This document shows positions 47,363-57,416 of a stretch of DNA of 64,000 nt, one piece after another (within the stretch, counting starts at the first letter, position 1; the number at the start of each line of letters is the position of its first letter). The stretch is taken from positions 36,464 through 100,463 of the forward strand of contig JAZGAD010000012.1 of assembly GCA_036444275.1 (NCBI GenBank), read 5' to 3'. The translations under genes were made by a program, and so were the position numbers. The notes below the pieces were generated by a model. It was not told the DNA's origin, made no database searches, and worked only from the letters and a program-made list of their open reading frames with translations. This DNA is from Candidatus Hydrothermarchaeales archaeon. GTDB taxonomy: Archaea; Hydrothermarchaeota; Hydrothermarchaeia; Hydrothermarchaeales; JAZGAD01.

Positions 47363-48664
47363 ATGGTGGCAGAGGTGAGGCGTCATTGGGGAATTGTAAT
47401 ATTAATCACAATAATAGGGCTGATTATTGTAGGTGCTACAATAAAGACTTATTATCCTATTATTCGCCCTCCAGCAGAAGATGGAGCTATAATACTACAC
47501 TGTGAAACATTGAGAGTTGAGGGGATGTGTATTGATGTATCAATCAAGACAACTATCGATGGATGGCATAATACTCCAAGTAAATATGAATTTCCAGATT
47601 TAGTTAGAGTTAACGATTTTGTGGCTGTACAACGCATTGTTGTGGTATACAAAAAACCCATCTTCGGAAAACATCCTCCAAAATCACCTAAATTTAAGTA
47701 TACTTTGGAAATGTCTCCATTGGCAGGGCCCATAGAAGGAGTATACCCAGAGGATTATGCTAAAATTGTTATCGGAATACCCGAATTAAACCAAGGCGAT
47801 GTTTACGAAATTAATTACCTTGGGAATGATAAGTGGGAAACTACAATAAATGGAGAAATCTTTGACAAAGGTCCTCGAAGTATGCGGTTCCCAAGACTAT
47901 ACCGCCCAGGTGATTGGATTATCAGGGATTCTGCTAGACCTACCCCAGAATATAATCTAAATTGGACTGGATATAGTTCATTAATTAATGGAGATTGGTC
48001 AGAAAACGAACTATTCAGAGTCTATTCCCCCGATGAGATTGCGGATATAGAAAGTGCTATAATAGCTCAGACAATGGGTGTTATTACGCTTATTGTTATG
48101 GTTGTAATTGGTGTAGTCACCGTCATAATCGGAATTAGTACCATTGCCGTAGAATATGAGTTCTCACAAAAAATAGACAAAACAATGCGACGTCAAATAG
48201 AGGAAACAAGAAGGGTTTCAGACCATATTATAGAGTCAGGGAACAGACAGCTTCAGGATAAAAAATTATTCGAAAGAAACAAAAGGAAAAATATCCTAAG
48301 CAACCTAAGTCAGGAACTAGAGACTAATGTAAAAAATGCTAATGAAATAATTAGTAAAAAGGAAGATTATACTAAAAAAGGAAATTTGTTATTTCCTACT
48401 ACTGTTTTTTTAACAACGGCATTAGGAAGGGTAGTTTCAGATTATGTAATAGAAGAGGATTTTACTTTGAATGAGTTAGCTTTTCAGGTACTTTCATTAT
48501 TACTTACTGCAAATAGTACCTCAGAAGCAGTTAGAAATACAGGATTATCAATCCCAAATAATTTAGCCATTCTGATAAAGGAATTTGAAGATTCTTTAGT
48601 ACCCAAAACTATTGAATTTAAAGACATGGTAATACAATATAAAGATAAAATCGACAGTTTGTAG
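47363..48664 (+). CDS. Hypothetical protein with two TM segments
   Basis: 433-aa ORF; N-terminal TM, external beta-rich domain, second TM, then a helical domain. Confidence 0.7.
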   Translation: MVAEVRRHWGIVILITIIGLIIVGATIKTYYPIIRPPAEDGAIILHCETLRVEGMCIDVSIKTTIDGWHNTPSKYEFPDLVRVNDFVAVQRIVVVYKKPIFGKHPPKSPKFKYTLEMSPLAGPIEGVYPEDYAKIVIGIPELNQGDVYEINYLGNDKWETTINGEIFDKGPRSMRFPRLYRPGDWIIRDSARPTPEYNLNWTGYSSLINGDWSENELFRVYSPDEIADIESAIIAQTMGVITLIVMVVIGVVTVIIGISTIAVEYEFSQKIDKTMRRQIEETRRVSDHIIESGNRQLQDKKLFERNKRKNILSNLSQELETNVKNANEIISKKEDYTKKGNLLFPTTVFLTTALGRVVSDYVIEEDFTLNELAFQVLSLLLTANSTSEAVRNTGLSIPNNLAILIKEFEDSLVPKTIEFKDMVIQYKDKIDSL

Positions 48665-48705
48665 AAATCCTCTCATTTTAAATACAAAAACCCTTCAACC
48701 TATTT

Positions 48706-49200
48706 ATGGGAGTTTTAGTGACTGACTTTATTATAAGAAACCAGAAAGTAGGCAAATGGACTATGCCCACGGTTGTATTCAAATCTGAGGATAATTTCAT
48801 TGCTTTTGAAGTAAATGGAATCATTGGAAACTCCGTTCCAACTTCGAATTCGGGAAAACAGAAAACAGTCAAATGGAAACGTTTAGTTGCAAGGGCAGCA
48901 AAAGCAGCACGGGGTGAATTACTGCTTGATCCCTCATGGTTATACAGTATATCAGCAGGGTTTTCATTCAATTTACGATTGCACGGTGGGCCAAAATCAG
49001 ATGTAGAGAACTTTTTAAAACCTACGTTTGACGCGCTTGCAGCAGGCTTGTTTTGCACGGTCGAACAGGACACCGATAAAATTGTCAGATATGATTACGA
49101 TGATTCGAATTTTAAATTTTTATTTGTCTATAAACTCGATGATGCTCAAACAGCAGATGATGAAGGTGTGGGCATCACAATAAGTATTAGAAAGCTATGA
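48706..49200 (+). CDS. RusA-like Holliday-junction resolvase/endonuclease
   Basis: DVENFLKPTFDAL...DDS matches the RusA D.DN..K...DAL....DD pattern. Confidence 0.7.
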   Translation: MGVLVTDFIIRNQKVGKWTMPTVVFKSEDNFIAFEVNGIIGNSVPTSNSGKQKTVKWKRLVARAAKAARGELLLDPSWLYSISAGFSFNLRLHGGPKSDVENFLKPTFDALAAGLFCTVEQDTDKIVRYDYDDSNFKFLFVYKLDDAQTADDEGVGITISIRKL

Positions 49201-49210
49201 ACATATGGGA

Positions 49211-49396
49211 TTAAGTAAATGCTGTTGGATTTATCTTATTCAATCCCTCGAAAGTCCCGTTTTCTACTTTGGTCAATGCAACAAACAATAGAAGGCCTAT
49301 TATCGGATTCATTTTCCCTACCTCTTTATACAGACCTACTATTATCAAGAGCATTACACCGATATAAGTCGCAAAATAAATTTTTCTAATTTCCAT
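49211..49396 (-). CDS. Small hypothetical membrane protein
   Basis: 61 aa with two hydrophobic segments; weak support. Confidence 0.35.
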   Translation of the reverse strand: MEIRKIYFATYIGVMLLIIVGLYKEVGKMNPIIGLLLFVALTKVENGTFEGLNKINPTAFT

Positions 49397-49464
49397 TTCC
49401 GCTTGAATTTCATTTTCCCCCTCGTGATAAATAGACTAAATGACTCACAGTTTAAATATGTTTT

Positions 49465-49496
49465 TTTGCTCCTAAAGTCGGCACTTTAAGAGCAAA
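49465..49496. repeat. 14-bp-stem palindrome/hairpin
   Basis: TTTGCTCcTAAAGT-CGGC-ACTTTAaGAGCAAA in an island intergenic region. Confidence 0.6.
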
Positions 49497-49628
49497 GCCG
49501 CCCGAATGGGTTGTTTTATAAGGGATGAATGGTCTTAATAAGAACGAGAGAAGAAAATAATTACTCCAAAATCTCGGGAAGCTTATTAATTGTCATGAAG
49601 GGGATTTATTGGATTAGCATGAGGTCTT

Positions 49629-50189
49629 ATGACTCAAATAGAAGAATTTGACGAGGCCTTGGAAAGAAGTTGGAGGAATGGTGTAAAAAAAGATGTTCAA
49701 GCGGTTACTCGATATTACGGCTTCCACGAAGTAGACTTGGTCAATAGTTTATACTATCATTTGCGAAATAGATTAACAAAGTCTGGGATATGGAAAAACA
49801 TCCAAGTAGAAGCCTTTGGAATTTTCTTTGTTACAAAGAAAAGAAAGGAAGTTCAACCAGACATGCTAATCTATAAAACACATGGTTATAAACCATGGGT
49901 AGCATTCGAATTTAAACGGTTTGAAGGCACTCCTCAGAGAGCGAGAATAGATGCAGACATTGTGAAACTTGCTCACCTTAAAGAAAAGGAAAAAATCACT
50001 AGGGCATATATGGTTTGGGTCGCAAGTCGTAAGCCTGAGCGAAGACAAATTAAACAAAATACGCACTCAAAAAAGGTTGATAAGATTTTGAAGGAAGCAA
50101 AATATCTCAAGATATGTTATGGTTTTTTCGAGGAGGAAGACTGGGGAATACTAGATTTTCCTTTTAAAACATACCCATACCCTTTGTAA
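49629..50189 (+). CDS. PD-(D/E)xK-fold nuclease
   Basis: HEVDL...YYHLR helix, VE, QPDMLIY, AFEFKR and DIVKL motifs. Confidence 0.7.
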   Translation: MTQIEEFDEALERSWRNGVKKDVQAVTRYYGFHEVDLVNSLYYHLRNRLTKSGIWKNIQVEAFGIFFVTKKRKEVQPDMLIYKTHGYKPWVAFEFKRFEGTPQRARIDADIVKLAHLKEKEKITRAYMVWVASRKPERRQIKQNTHSKKVDKILKEAKYLKICYGFFEEEDWGILDFPFKTYPYPL

Positions 50190-50275
50190 TCCATATGGCA
50201 TTATATTGTCAATTAGATTATGCTAATTGCCAGCTTAACCTGGCAATTGCCAACCCCCACTCTAGCTAGTCACTG

Positions 50276-51289
50276 CTATTTCTGCATGTAAACAGTCCTG
50301 ATAGGGAAGGGTATCTCTATTCCCTCTTCCTCGAACATATCCTTTATCCTGCAGTTAATGTAGTCCAGTACTGTTATCTTTTCTTTTACATCATCTATCC
50401 AGACCACGAGCATCAGATTGAGCGAGGAATCTCCGAAGCTCCTGAAAGTAGCCGAGGACGGAGGCTTTTGAAGTACATGGGGTGCTTCATCAGCTATTTC
50501 GAGGAGAATCTTCTTTACCTTGTCTATATCGCTTTCATAGGCCACCCCAATAGGGACCGCGAGTTTCAGCTTTGTATCAGGGGCTGAGATGTTTGTTATC
50601 CTCGTATTGGCTATCCCTGAGTTCGGGATGGTTATCTGGGTGTGATCTATCACATTATAGAGGCGGGTGCTTCTCATGCCGATGTTCATTACCTCGCACA
50701 GCTCACCGCTTTCTAACAAGATGCGGTCCCCTATTGCGAAGGGTCGGTCCACCATTAGATAAAAACCAGAGAATACGTTGGACAGCGTATCTTGGGCTGC
50801 CATGGCGATAGCTATTCCTGCTATACCCATTCCAGCGATCATGGGGGTTATATCTATCCGCAGTATATCCAGTACCACTAGGATGCCGATTGCTATGATG
50901 GTTATCTTGGTGATCTTCTCCGCAACAGGTACGAGAATGTCGTAGATATCGGTGCTGGTTCTAGAAGCCAGGCTCTGACCGTACTCTCTTATTATCACAC
51001 TAGAGATGGAATATCCCACCCAAGTGACAATAACTATTCCGATGACCTTGAAAAAGCCCTCGATTCCGCTGAGCCAGGGAAACTGGACATAAGCCAAGGC
51101 GAAATAGATGCCTAGAAGAATCAAGAGGATATAGATAGGCACCTTTGTTATCCGCAGTATGAAATCATCAATCTTGGTGTCAGTCTTCTTGGCAAATTCC
51201 TCTACGTATCTCTCAACGAAGGTTAAGAAGAGCTTTGAAACTACAATAGCAGCTAGCACAATGGCAAGAGCTACCAGATAATTGGCCAT
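50276..51289 (-). CDS. mscS: Small-conductance mechanosensitive channel
   Basis: AGMGIAGIAIAMAAQDTLSN, DRPFAIGD, IPNS, FGDSSLN and GIEIPFP motifs. Confidence 0.94.
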   Translation of the reverse strand: MANYLVALAIVLAAIVVSKLFLTFVERYVEEFAKKTDTKIDDFILRITKVPIYILLILLGIYFALAYVQFPWLSGIEGFFKVIGIVIVTWVGYSISSVIIREYGQSLASRTSTDIYDILVPVAEKITKITIIAIGILVVLDILRIDITPMIAGMGIAGIAIAMAAQDTLSNVFSGFYLMVDRPFAIGDRILLESGELCEVMNIGMRSTRLYNVIDHTQITIPNSGIANTRITNISAPDTKLKLAVPIGVAYESDIDKVKKILLEIADEAPHVLQKPPSSATFRSFGDSSLNLMLVVWIDDVKEKITVLDYINCRIKDMFEEEGIEIPFPIRTVYMQK

Positions 51290-51448
51290 GAGAGCTAATT
51301 TTTTCTAGGTCTTAAAATCTTTTCGCTGTTTGTGTTGCATACCAACTTCGATTGCATTAATGCCGGTATATGGCATCTCAAAGTATATAATCTCAAATTA
51401 TATATAGTAGATATCCAAATTGTCATTCTTGGATCGGTGGTGTAGTCA

Positions 51449-52729
51449 TTGCCTAAGTTTCTCAGCGCAAAAGAGCTTCCGAAGAAGCTGGTGGAGTTTA
51501 AGGATGCTTGGTATGCGGTAGCTCAGAAATGTGAGGGGCTGAGTGAGTATAAGTCAGGGTTAGACGAAGGCTTCAAAGACAACCTCTCAGAGATCAAAGA
51601 GGGGATTCATTCATGCAGGAATTTAATAAAGAAAATCACTCCCTCTATGAAGCGTATCATGCCCCAAATGAGGCGAGATATCGATGGATTTGTCGCAGGA
51701 TTAGCTGACTCCCTTGAGACATTTGAGAAAACAGTGGAGGGTGACCTAGAGGATGTTAGAGCACTCAAGAGGATTAACAAGCAGCTTATGGATCTAAATG
51801 GGACGCTTGAAGAAACGGAAAGGGAGTTCAGGAAGTCCGAGGGTATAACCTCTGAGATATGCACTAAATACTTCGAACGGAGAAGGGACTACTCCCAAAC
51901 TAGGGAGACGATAACCAACGCTACCAAGGAGAAACTGGAGGGTGTGAAGGAGAGGTTCTTTCAGAAGTTAGAGCCCATAGTGGAGGGATATGGAGTATCT
52001 ATCACCGGGGAAAGCATAGCTCTGGAGGGGCTCTTCAAGGGATTGCTAGAGAAATCTATCGATGTTGAGAGGATAACGCTCTTACCCACGGAGACATCCA
52101 AGGGGCTTCTGGATGTATTCACTGGTAAAAAGAAGATAAATAAAGAGGCAAGGGAAGAGGTTTTGAAATACATTTCTCAGGAGGTATTGGCCGACGCTAA
52201 CCCCATTAAGGCGCAGGAAGCCAAGGAGATAGCCCATCTTGATGTTGAATATGTAGACCTTAAAGCATTGGAACAAGAATGCAAGGAGGCAGAGAATCAG
52301 AGAGAGAAGTTATCCCAGCCTAGAGAATCCTTGATGTCAGAGATCTCCAAGCTGAAGAAGAGCGATGTCTTCATCCTCACCAACTATGATAACATCCTTA
52401 GTATTAGAGATAAATACCTTGCAAACTTTGAGGAGATGGACGCTAACGTAAAAAGGATTCTAGTTACCGCTGACGAGCTCCTAAAAGGCTATACGCAATT
52501 GGAGCCTGATAGGGAGAAGAGGGAAATCAAGCTTCAACTCAAGGACCTGAAGCAGAATCTAGAAGGCCTAGAGATGGAGAGGCTGAGACTGGAGGATGCC
52601 TTGAGAGGTGAGAAGGAGAAGAGTAGACGCGCTGAGGAGATACTTGGCAGATACAGGGAAAAGTTAAAGGGAATGAATTCTAAACTAAAAGGGTTGGAAG
52701 AAGAAATCGCCTCCCTGCTAAAGGAGTAA
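51449..52729 (+). CDS. Coiled-coil protein, paralogue A
   Basis: 426 aa, heptad-rich, no Walker motifs; N-terminus shared with the next gene; TTG start. Confidence 0.75.
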   Translation: MPKFLSAKELPKKLVEFKDAWYAVAQKCEGLSEYKSGLDEGFKDNLSEIKEGIHSCRNLIKKITPSMKRIMPQMRRDIDGFVAGLADSLETFEKTVEGDLEDVRALKRINKQLMDLNGTLEETEREFRKSEGITSEICTKYFERRRDYSQTRETITNATKEKLEGVKERFFQKLEPIVEGYGVSITGESIALEGLFKGLLEKSIDVERITLLPTETSKGLLDVFTGKKKINKEAREEVLKYISQEVLADANPIKAQEAKEIAHLDVEYVDLKALEQECKEAENQREKLSQPRESLMSEISKLKKSDVFILTNYDNILSIRDKYLANFEEMDANVKRILVTADELLKGYTQLEPDREKREIKLQLKDLKQNLEGLEMERLRLEDALRGEKEKSRRAEEILGRYREKLKGMNSKLKGLEEEIASLLKE

Positions 52730-52733
52730 AAGG

Positions 52734-54707
52734 ATGCCCGAAATCATAGCAGCAGAAGAGCTTCCGAAGAAGCTGGTGGAGTTTAAGGATGTTTGGTATG
52801 CGGTAGCTCAGAAGTGTGAGGGGCTGAGCGAGTATAAGTCAGGGTTAGACGAAGGCTTCAAGAATTCTCTCATAGAGCTCAAGGCGGATGGGAATGCCTT
52901 AGGGGAGCTGCTGGATGGGATTTCTATCGCTACCCAGCACCATATCCCCCGCACTAGAGACAAGGTGGAGGAACTTAGGGCGCCGATGATGACTATCCTA
53001 AGGGAGCTGTTGGGCGCTATTGATGCTGACATTAGAGATCTGACGAGGTACCAAGAGCTCTCACCTAAACTAGAGGAGATGATTAAGAACCTCCATGCTC
53101 TACAAGTGCGTCATGAGGATCTGAAGAAGCATGCTACAAGGACCTGTGACCAGTATTCTAAGACGAAAGAAGAACACGAGCAGAAGATAAACAATATTAA
53201 GGAAGCAACTGATAGGGCGCTCAGCAAAATCAAACAAAAATTCACATCTGAAATTAGCTCTATGTTCGAGGGCTACCAAATCGTCACTAAGGGGCGACGG
53301 GAGGAGGTTGACATTGGCTTGCTTCTGGAGAGGCTTATCCAGGACCCAAACTATTACCAGAAGGTGGATGTGGTACACAAGGGCTTATTCGGAAAGAAAA
53401 TATCTGATATAGAGACAAGACTCGTTCTACTCCAGTACAAAGCGGAAGAGGTCACTAAGGCTATAGTACCTATAATCGAGGAGGAAAAGAGGAGGGTCGA
53501 GAAGTTTGAGCCTGAGGAGAAGCGCATTCAGGAGCTAGAAATTCAATGCAGGGAATTGAGGGATGAAGAGAAGAGCATGTCAGCTAAGAGAGAGTCCCTG
53601 GAGAAAGAGGTAAACGAACTCAAAGGAGAAAATGAGGGAATCCGTGAGAGGTTTACTAACTATAACCAGCTCCTGAGTTTGGTGGATTCCTACGTGAGGA
53701 AGTTTGGAGAGACCACTTCCATCAGGAAGGAGATATCTGACCTAATAGAAGCCTCCATGGAGGCATATGAGCCGGTGGAGACGGATGTAGAAAAGAGGGA
53801 GCTCAAGGCACAGGTTAAATTCCTTAAGGATAAGACGATCATACTGATAAAGGAAAAAGGAGAACTCCAAAAAACGTTGAAGGGCGTAAAGAAAGAGCTG
53901 GGGGAGCGCAAAGAAAAAGTCGAGGATTTATCCAATAATCTGGAGAAGCGTAAGTCCGACGTGGCTAGATTAAAGGGTGAGGTATCCAATCTAAAAGATG
54001 TGAAGGGGGAACTAGAGGAGAATCTAAAAGGGATAGAGCAGGAGCTCGATGAGAAGGTGGAGCACATAGAGACTCTGGAAGGTCGAGTTGCAACCCTTGA
54101 GGAGAGTGAGGAGCATCTGCAGAGCAACCTTGAGGAAACAGAAGAGAGACTCAAGGGGAAGACCTCAGAGTTATTAACTGCTCAAGAGGAATTGGATGAT
54201 CGGGGTAAGCGATTAGTAGACTTAGGGGATAACTATGATGCCCTAAAAACACGCTACAAGGAGGTGGGTTCCGAGCTGGCTGTTATCAAGGCAAAAGCAG
54301 ACGGTCTTGAGAAAAAACTCAGACAGACCATGAAGGAGAAAGACATTCTGGATAGGAATTTGGAGGGTAGGGATAGGTCCCTGAAAACGGCTTCGAGGGA
54401 GTTAGAGCGAGCAGCTCGGAAATACGAGAATTCCCAGAAGGAGATTAGCAGGTACAAGGAAAAAGTGGCTGAGGAGAAGAAGCGATATTCAGAACTAAAG
54501 AGCAGACATGAGAAGATGGGCTCTGAATTGAGGGTGGTGAAAGCTGAAGTAGCAAAGTTGGGGCGGGAAATAGCATCTCGCATGAAGCTTAGACCGGTCG
54601 TGGAGAAAAAGGGAAGAAAAAGAAAAGAGAGAGGAAAAGGAAAGGAGACTGGGGAGGAAGAAGTGATAGTAGAGGAGAAGATCAGCGCCTTGCGGAAAAA
54701 AATGTAA
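52734..54707 (+). CDS. Long coiled-coil protein, paralogue B
   Basis: 657 aa; co-linear with paralogue A plus an extended coiled-coil tail. Confidence 0.8.
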   Translation: MPEIIAAEELPKKLVEFKDVWYAVAQKCEGLSEYKSGLDEGFKNSLIELKADGNALGELLDGISIATQHHIPRTRDKVEELRAPMMTILRELLGAIDADIRDLTRYQELSPKLEEMIKNLHALQVRHEDLKKHATRTCDQYSKTKEEHEQKINNIKEATDRALSKIKQKFTSEISSMFEGYQIVTKGRREEVDIGLLLERLIQDPNYYQKVDVVHKGLFGKKISDIETRLVLLQYKAEEVTKAIVPIIEEEKRRVEKFEPEEKRIQELEIQCRELRDEEKSMSAKRESLEKEVNELKGENEGIRERFTNYNQLLSLVDSYVRKFGETTSIRKEISDLIEASMEAYEPVETDVEKRELKAQVKFLKDKTIILIKEKGELQKTLKGVKKELGERKEKVEDLSNNLEKRKSDVARLKGEVSNLKDVKGELEENLKGIEQELDEKVEHIETLEGRVATLEESEEHLQSNLEETEERLKGKTSELLTAQEELDDRGKRLVDLGDNYDALKTRYKEVGSELAVIKAKADGLEKKLRQTMKEKDILDRNLEGRDRSLKTASRELERAARKYENSQKEISRYKEKVAEEKKRYSELKSRHEKMGSELRVVKAEVAKLGREIASRMKLRPVVEKKGRKRKERGKGKETGEEEVIVEEKISALRKKM

Positions 54708-54749
54708 CGGTTTTCATCCTCTCTGGAATTGTATTTGTACCGCGTGTTA

Positions 54750-55397
54750 TCATATTCCTTTTATCTTCAAACAGGTTCTAACTCCATATTTTTTATTTAG
54801 GAACAGAAGGAGGGGCGTGATGGCTTCGAGGGACCTGGAATTTCTCAGGGGGCCGCCATCAAGGGCTCTTACCCCATCTAGCTTTTCCACCAGTCTCATA
54901 ACCTCTCTCTTCGCGTCCTCATGATCACTGCAGGTTATAACGTCGCAGTCAAGACTTTTAGACTCCAAAAGGCTTATAGCACTTATGTCTTTTAGTGCAC
55001 TCACTACCTTTACGTTTGGCACTAGTTTTTGAGCTTCCTCTGCTGCAGATCTCTGGAGATGGATTTTCTCTGTCTCTGTGGGGCCCTCTTCAAATATTGG
55101 GGGCACTACCACATGAATTAAGATCTTGCTGTCTAGAGCGCTCTTAAGGGACTCAAGAATATGCATCTGGGCTTTGTAGGGCACCGTCAAAAATACTAGG
55201 TCTCCGCATTCGGCTGCTTCCTTATTTTCAACACCTCTAACATTTGCCCTAGGAATCTTCGCCCGTAATGCCTTGGTTGCTTCCTCAGCCTTTTCGATGC
55301 TCCTAGAGCCTATTAGTATACCTTCTCCGACAGCTGCAAAGCGCATGGCTAATCCCATTCCTTCTACGCCTGTTCCACCTATGAATGCCAGCATCAT
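54750..55397 (-). CDS. npdG: NADPH-dependent F420 reductase
   Basis: FIGGTG..G.GLA.R, IGSR..EKA, SAAE and DGGPL.NSR..E..T.LL motifs. Confidence 0.9.
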   Translation of the reverse strand: MMLAFIGGTGVEGMGLAMRFAAVGEGILIGSRSIEKAEEATKALRAKIPRANVRGVENKEAAECGDLVFLTVPYKAQMHILESLKSALDSKILIHVVVPPIFEEGPTETEKIHLQRSAAEEAQKLVPNVKVVSALKDISAISLLESKSLDCDVITCSDHEDAKREVMRLVEKLDGVRALDGGPLRNSRSLEAITPLLLFLNKKYGVRTCLKIKGI

Positions 55398-55626
55398 ACT
55401 ACCTCTACTCTGCTCCTGAATCCCAAGAGGCTGTATCTATATTTAAAACTTGTTTAACCCTGCTTTATCTGTTGTATGCTCTCAAAGCCTTAATTGGTGT
55501 ATGTATCAGTCAGCTGTAGGCGTAGTTATAATAGTTATGAGGGGTATTCCTAACTGGACTGCTATGGGCTTGGGTGAGCTACGCGGAGTGCAAAACCGCT
55601 GAGGCATCTGAGAAATCGAAGGAAGG

Positions 55627-56313
55627 CTAGAACTTCTTATCTTTTAGCTTTTCTAAATTGAAGCTGGCTGTCTCAGCTATCGCCATTACCGCCATGATAC
55701 CGGCTTGAACAGGGTCGGTAACGACAAGGTTGCATGCATCAGGCACACGCCCGGCCATGTTCAGGGATATCACCGGAATACCGTGTCTTTCCCTCAGTTC
55801 TTTCACAGCCTCGGCTACGTCTCCGCCCATGAGGGCGCCGGCTAGGACCAAGATCTCGGCCCTGTGCAGCCTGCCTACTGCCTTCACTGCTTCAGCTAGC
55901 ATCTCCTCTCCTACGAGTGGTATGGTATCCACGCTTATCCTCTCCCCACGTATGTTGTGGCGGTCTGCCTCGCTCACGGCCCCCAGCACTACTTGGGAAA
56001 CCTGTGCTCCTCCTCCTATTACGATGACGCGCTTCCCATAGATCTGGGAAAATGGGCGGTAGGTCTCAACGGCTACTACATCTTTGACCTCTTGCAGTTC
56101 CTTTATGAGCTTCTTCAGGTCCGTTACGTCGCTGAGCTCGAAATACATTTGGACCTCTTCTTCTTGGGTAAACTCCTGGATGTACTCTATATTCGCCCCA
56201 TGTGATGCTATAACACTAGAGATGTCCCTGACCAGTCCCTTTCTGTCCCTGCAGGATATCGATATTCCAACTATGTCTTTTTTAGCGCTCATCGCATCTA
56301 CATAGAAGTCCAT
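55627..56313 (-). CDS. ACT-domain + DUF5612 protein (conserved in methanogen-like archaea)
   Basis: N-terminal ACT; GKRVIVIGGGAQV, EADRHNIRGERISVDTIP and DPVQAG motifs. Confidence 0.8.
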   Translation of the reverse strand: MDFYVDAMSAKKDIVGISISCRDRKGLVRDISSVIASHGANIEYIQEFTQEEEVQMYFELSDVTDLKKLIKELQEVKDVVAVETYRPFSQIYGKRVIVIGGGAQVSQVVLGAVSEADRHNIRGERISVDTIPLVGEEMLAEAVKAVGRLHRAEILVLAGALMGGDVAEAVKELRERHGIPVISLNMAGRVPDACNLVVTDPVQAGIMAVMAIAETASFNLEKLKDKKF

Positions 56314-56378
56314 ATTCTTTAAGTTTTCTCCAATTTCTTCAGAAATTTTAAAATAGGGACTAGACGAAGTAATGGTTA

Positions 56379-57416
56379 ATGACTATAAAGCCCGTAGAAT
56401 TCAAGGATGGAAAGATAGTGCTCTTGGATCAAACACTGCTGCCTTTAGAGGTCAAGTACATAGAGTGCGAGGATGTAGAGTGCCTAGCTGAAGCCATAGA
56501 AAACCTGAGGGTGAGGGGTGCGCCTGCGATAGGCGTGGCAGCTGCTCTTGGTTTAGCAGTAGCGGCTTTGAACAATGTAGAGGAAGAGTCAGAGAGACTC
56601 CTAGACGAGATGGAAAAGGCAAAAAAGAGGCTTGAAGCAACTAGGCCGACTGCTGTGAACCTCTTCTGGGCTCTAGATGGTGTGATGAAGAAGGCTAGGG
56701 ACTCAGAGAACCCGGCGGAGGCTGCGATGAAGGAGGCACTTCATATATACCACGATAACCTGGGGGCTGACAAGAAAATCGGAGAATATGGCTCAGAGGT
56801 TATAGAAGATGGAGATACCATTCTTACCCATTGCAATGCCGGTGCCCTTGCTACAGCTGGCTACGGCACTGCTTTGGGCGTGATCAAAGCAGCGTGGGAA
56901 AAGGGAAAGAAGATAAAGGTCTTTGCAGACGAGACCCGGCCCTTGCTCCAGGGGGCTAGGCTTACAGCATTCGAACTTGTGGAGGCAGGTATACCTGTAA
57001 CAGTCATTGTGGATAGTAGTGCTGCTTTCGCTATGAAGCTGGGCAACGTGAGTAAGGTCGTGGTGGGAGCGGATCGTATAGCTGCAAACGGCGACACCGC
57101 GAATAAGATAGGCACATATAGCCTTGCAGTTCTAGCAAAGGAGCATGGTATTCCCTTCCATGTAGTAGCTCCCTTGTCAACTATAGACATGAGCATCGCT
57201 ACAGGTGAGGACATACCCATAGAGTACAGGGATAAAAATGAGATCGAATTCTTTGCTGGAAAGCGCATTGTTGCTGGCGGCGCAGATGTCTTGAATCCTG
57301 CCTTTGATGTTACACCAAATGAGTATATCACCGGGATTATAACCGAGAAAGGGGTATTGAAGCCTCCATATGTAGATAGTATAAATGACGTGTTTAAAGA
57401 GCACTCTAGGGAATGA
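56379..57416 (+). CDS. mtnA: S-methyl-5-thioribose-1-phosphate isomerase (eIF2B-like)
   Basis: LDQTLLP, VRGAPAIG, TRPTAVNL, THCNAGALAT, ETRPLLQGARLT and NPAFDVTP motifs. Confidence 0.92.
   Translation: MTIKPVEFKDGKIVLLDQTLLPLEVKYIECEDVECLAEAIENLRVRGAPAIGVAAALGLAVAALNNVEEESERLLDEMEKAKKRLEATRPTAVNLFWALDGVMKKARDSENPAEAAMKEALHIYHDNLGADKKIGEYGSEVIEDGDTILTHCNAGALATAGYGTALGVIKAAWEKGKKIKVFADETRPLLQGARLTAFELVEAGIPVTVIVDSSAAFAMKLGNVSKVVVGADRIAANGDTANKIGTYSLAVLAKEHGIPFHVVAPLSTIDMSIATGEDIPIEYRDKNEIEFFAGKRIVAGGADVLNPAFDVTPNEYITGIITEKGVLKPPYVDSINDVFKEHSRE

Larger units (their letters stand above)
47209..50255. mobile_element. AT-rich island bounded by 29-bp inverted terminal sites
   Basis: GGTTGGCAATTGCCAG-N6-CTGGCAA at 47209-47237 and its reverse complement at 50227-50255; interior visibly AT-richer than the flanks. 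Confidence 0.7.

Noticed and set aside
55500-55626. Possible fluoride riboswitch or C/D guide RNA between npdG and the ACT-domain gene
   Set aside because: Only loose ATGAGG/AACCGC/CTGA fragments, without the required pairing or box spacing.
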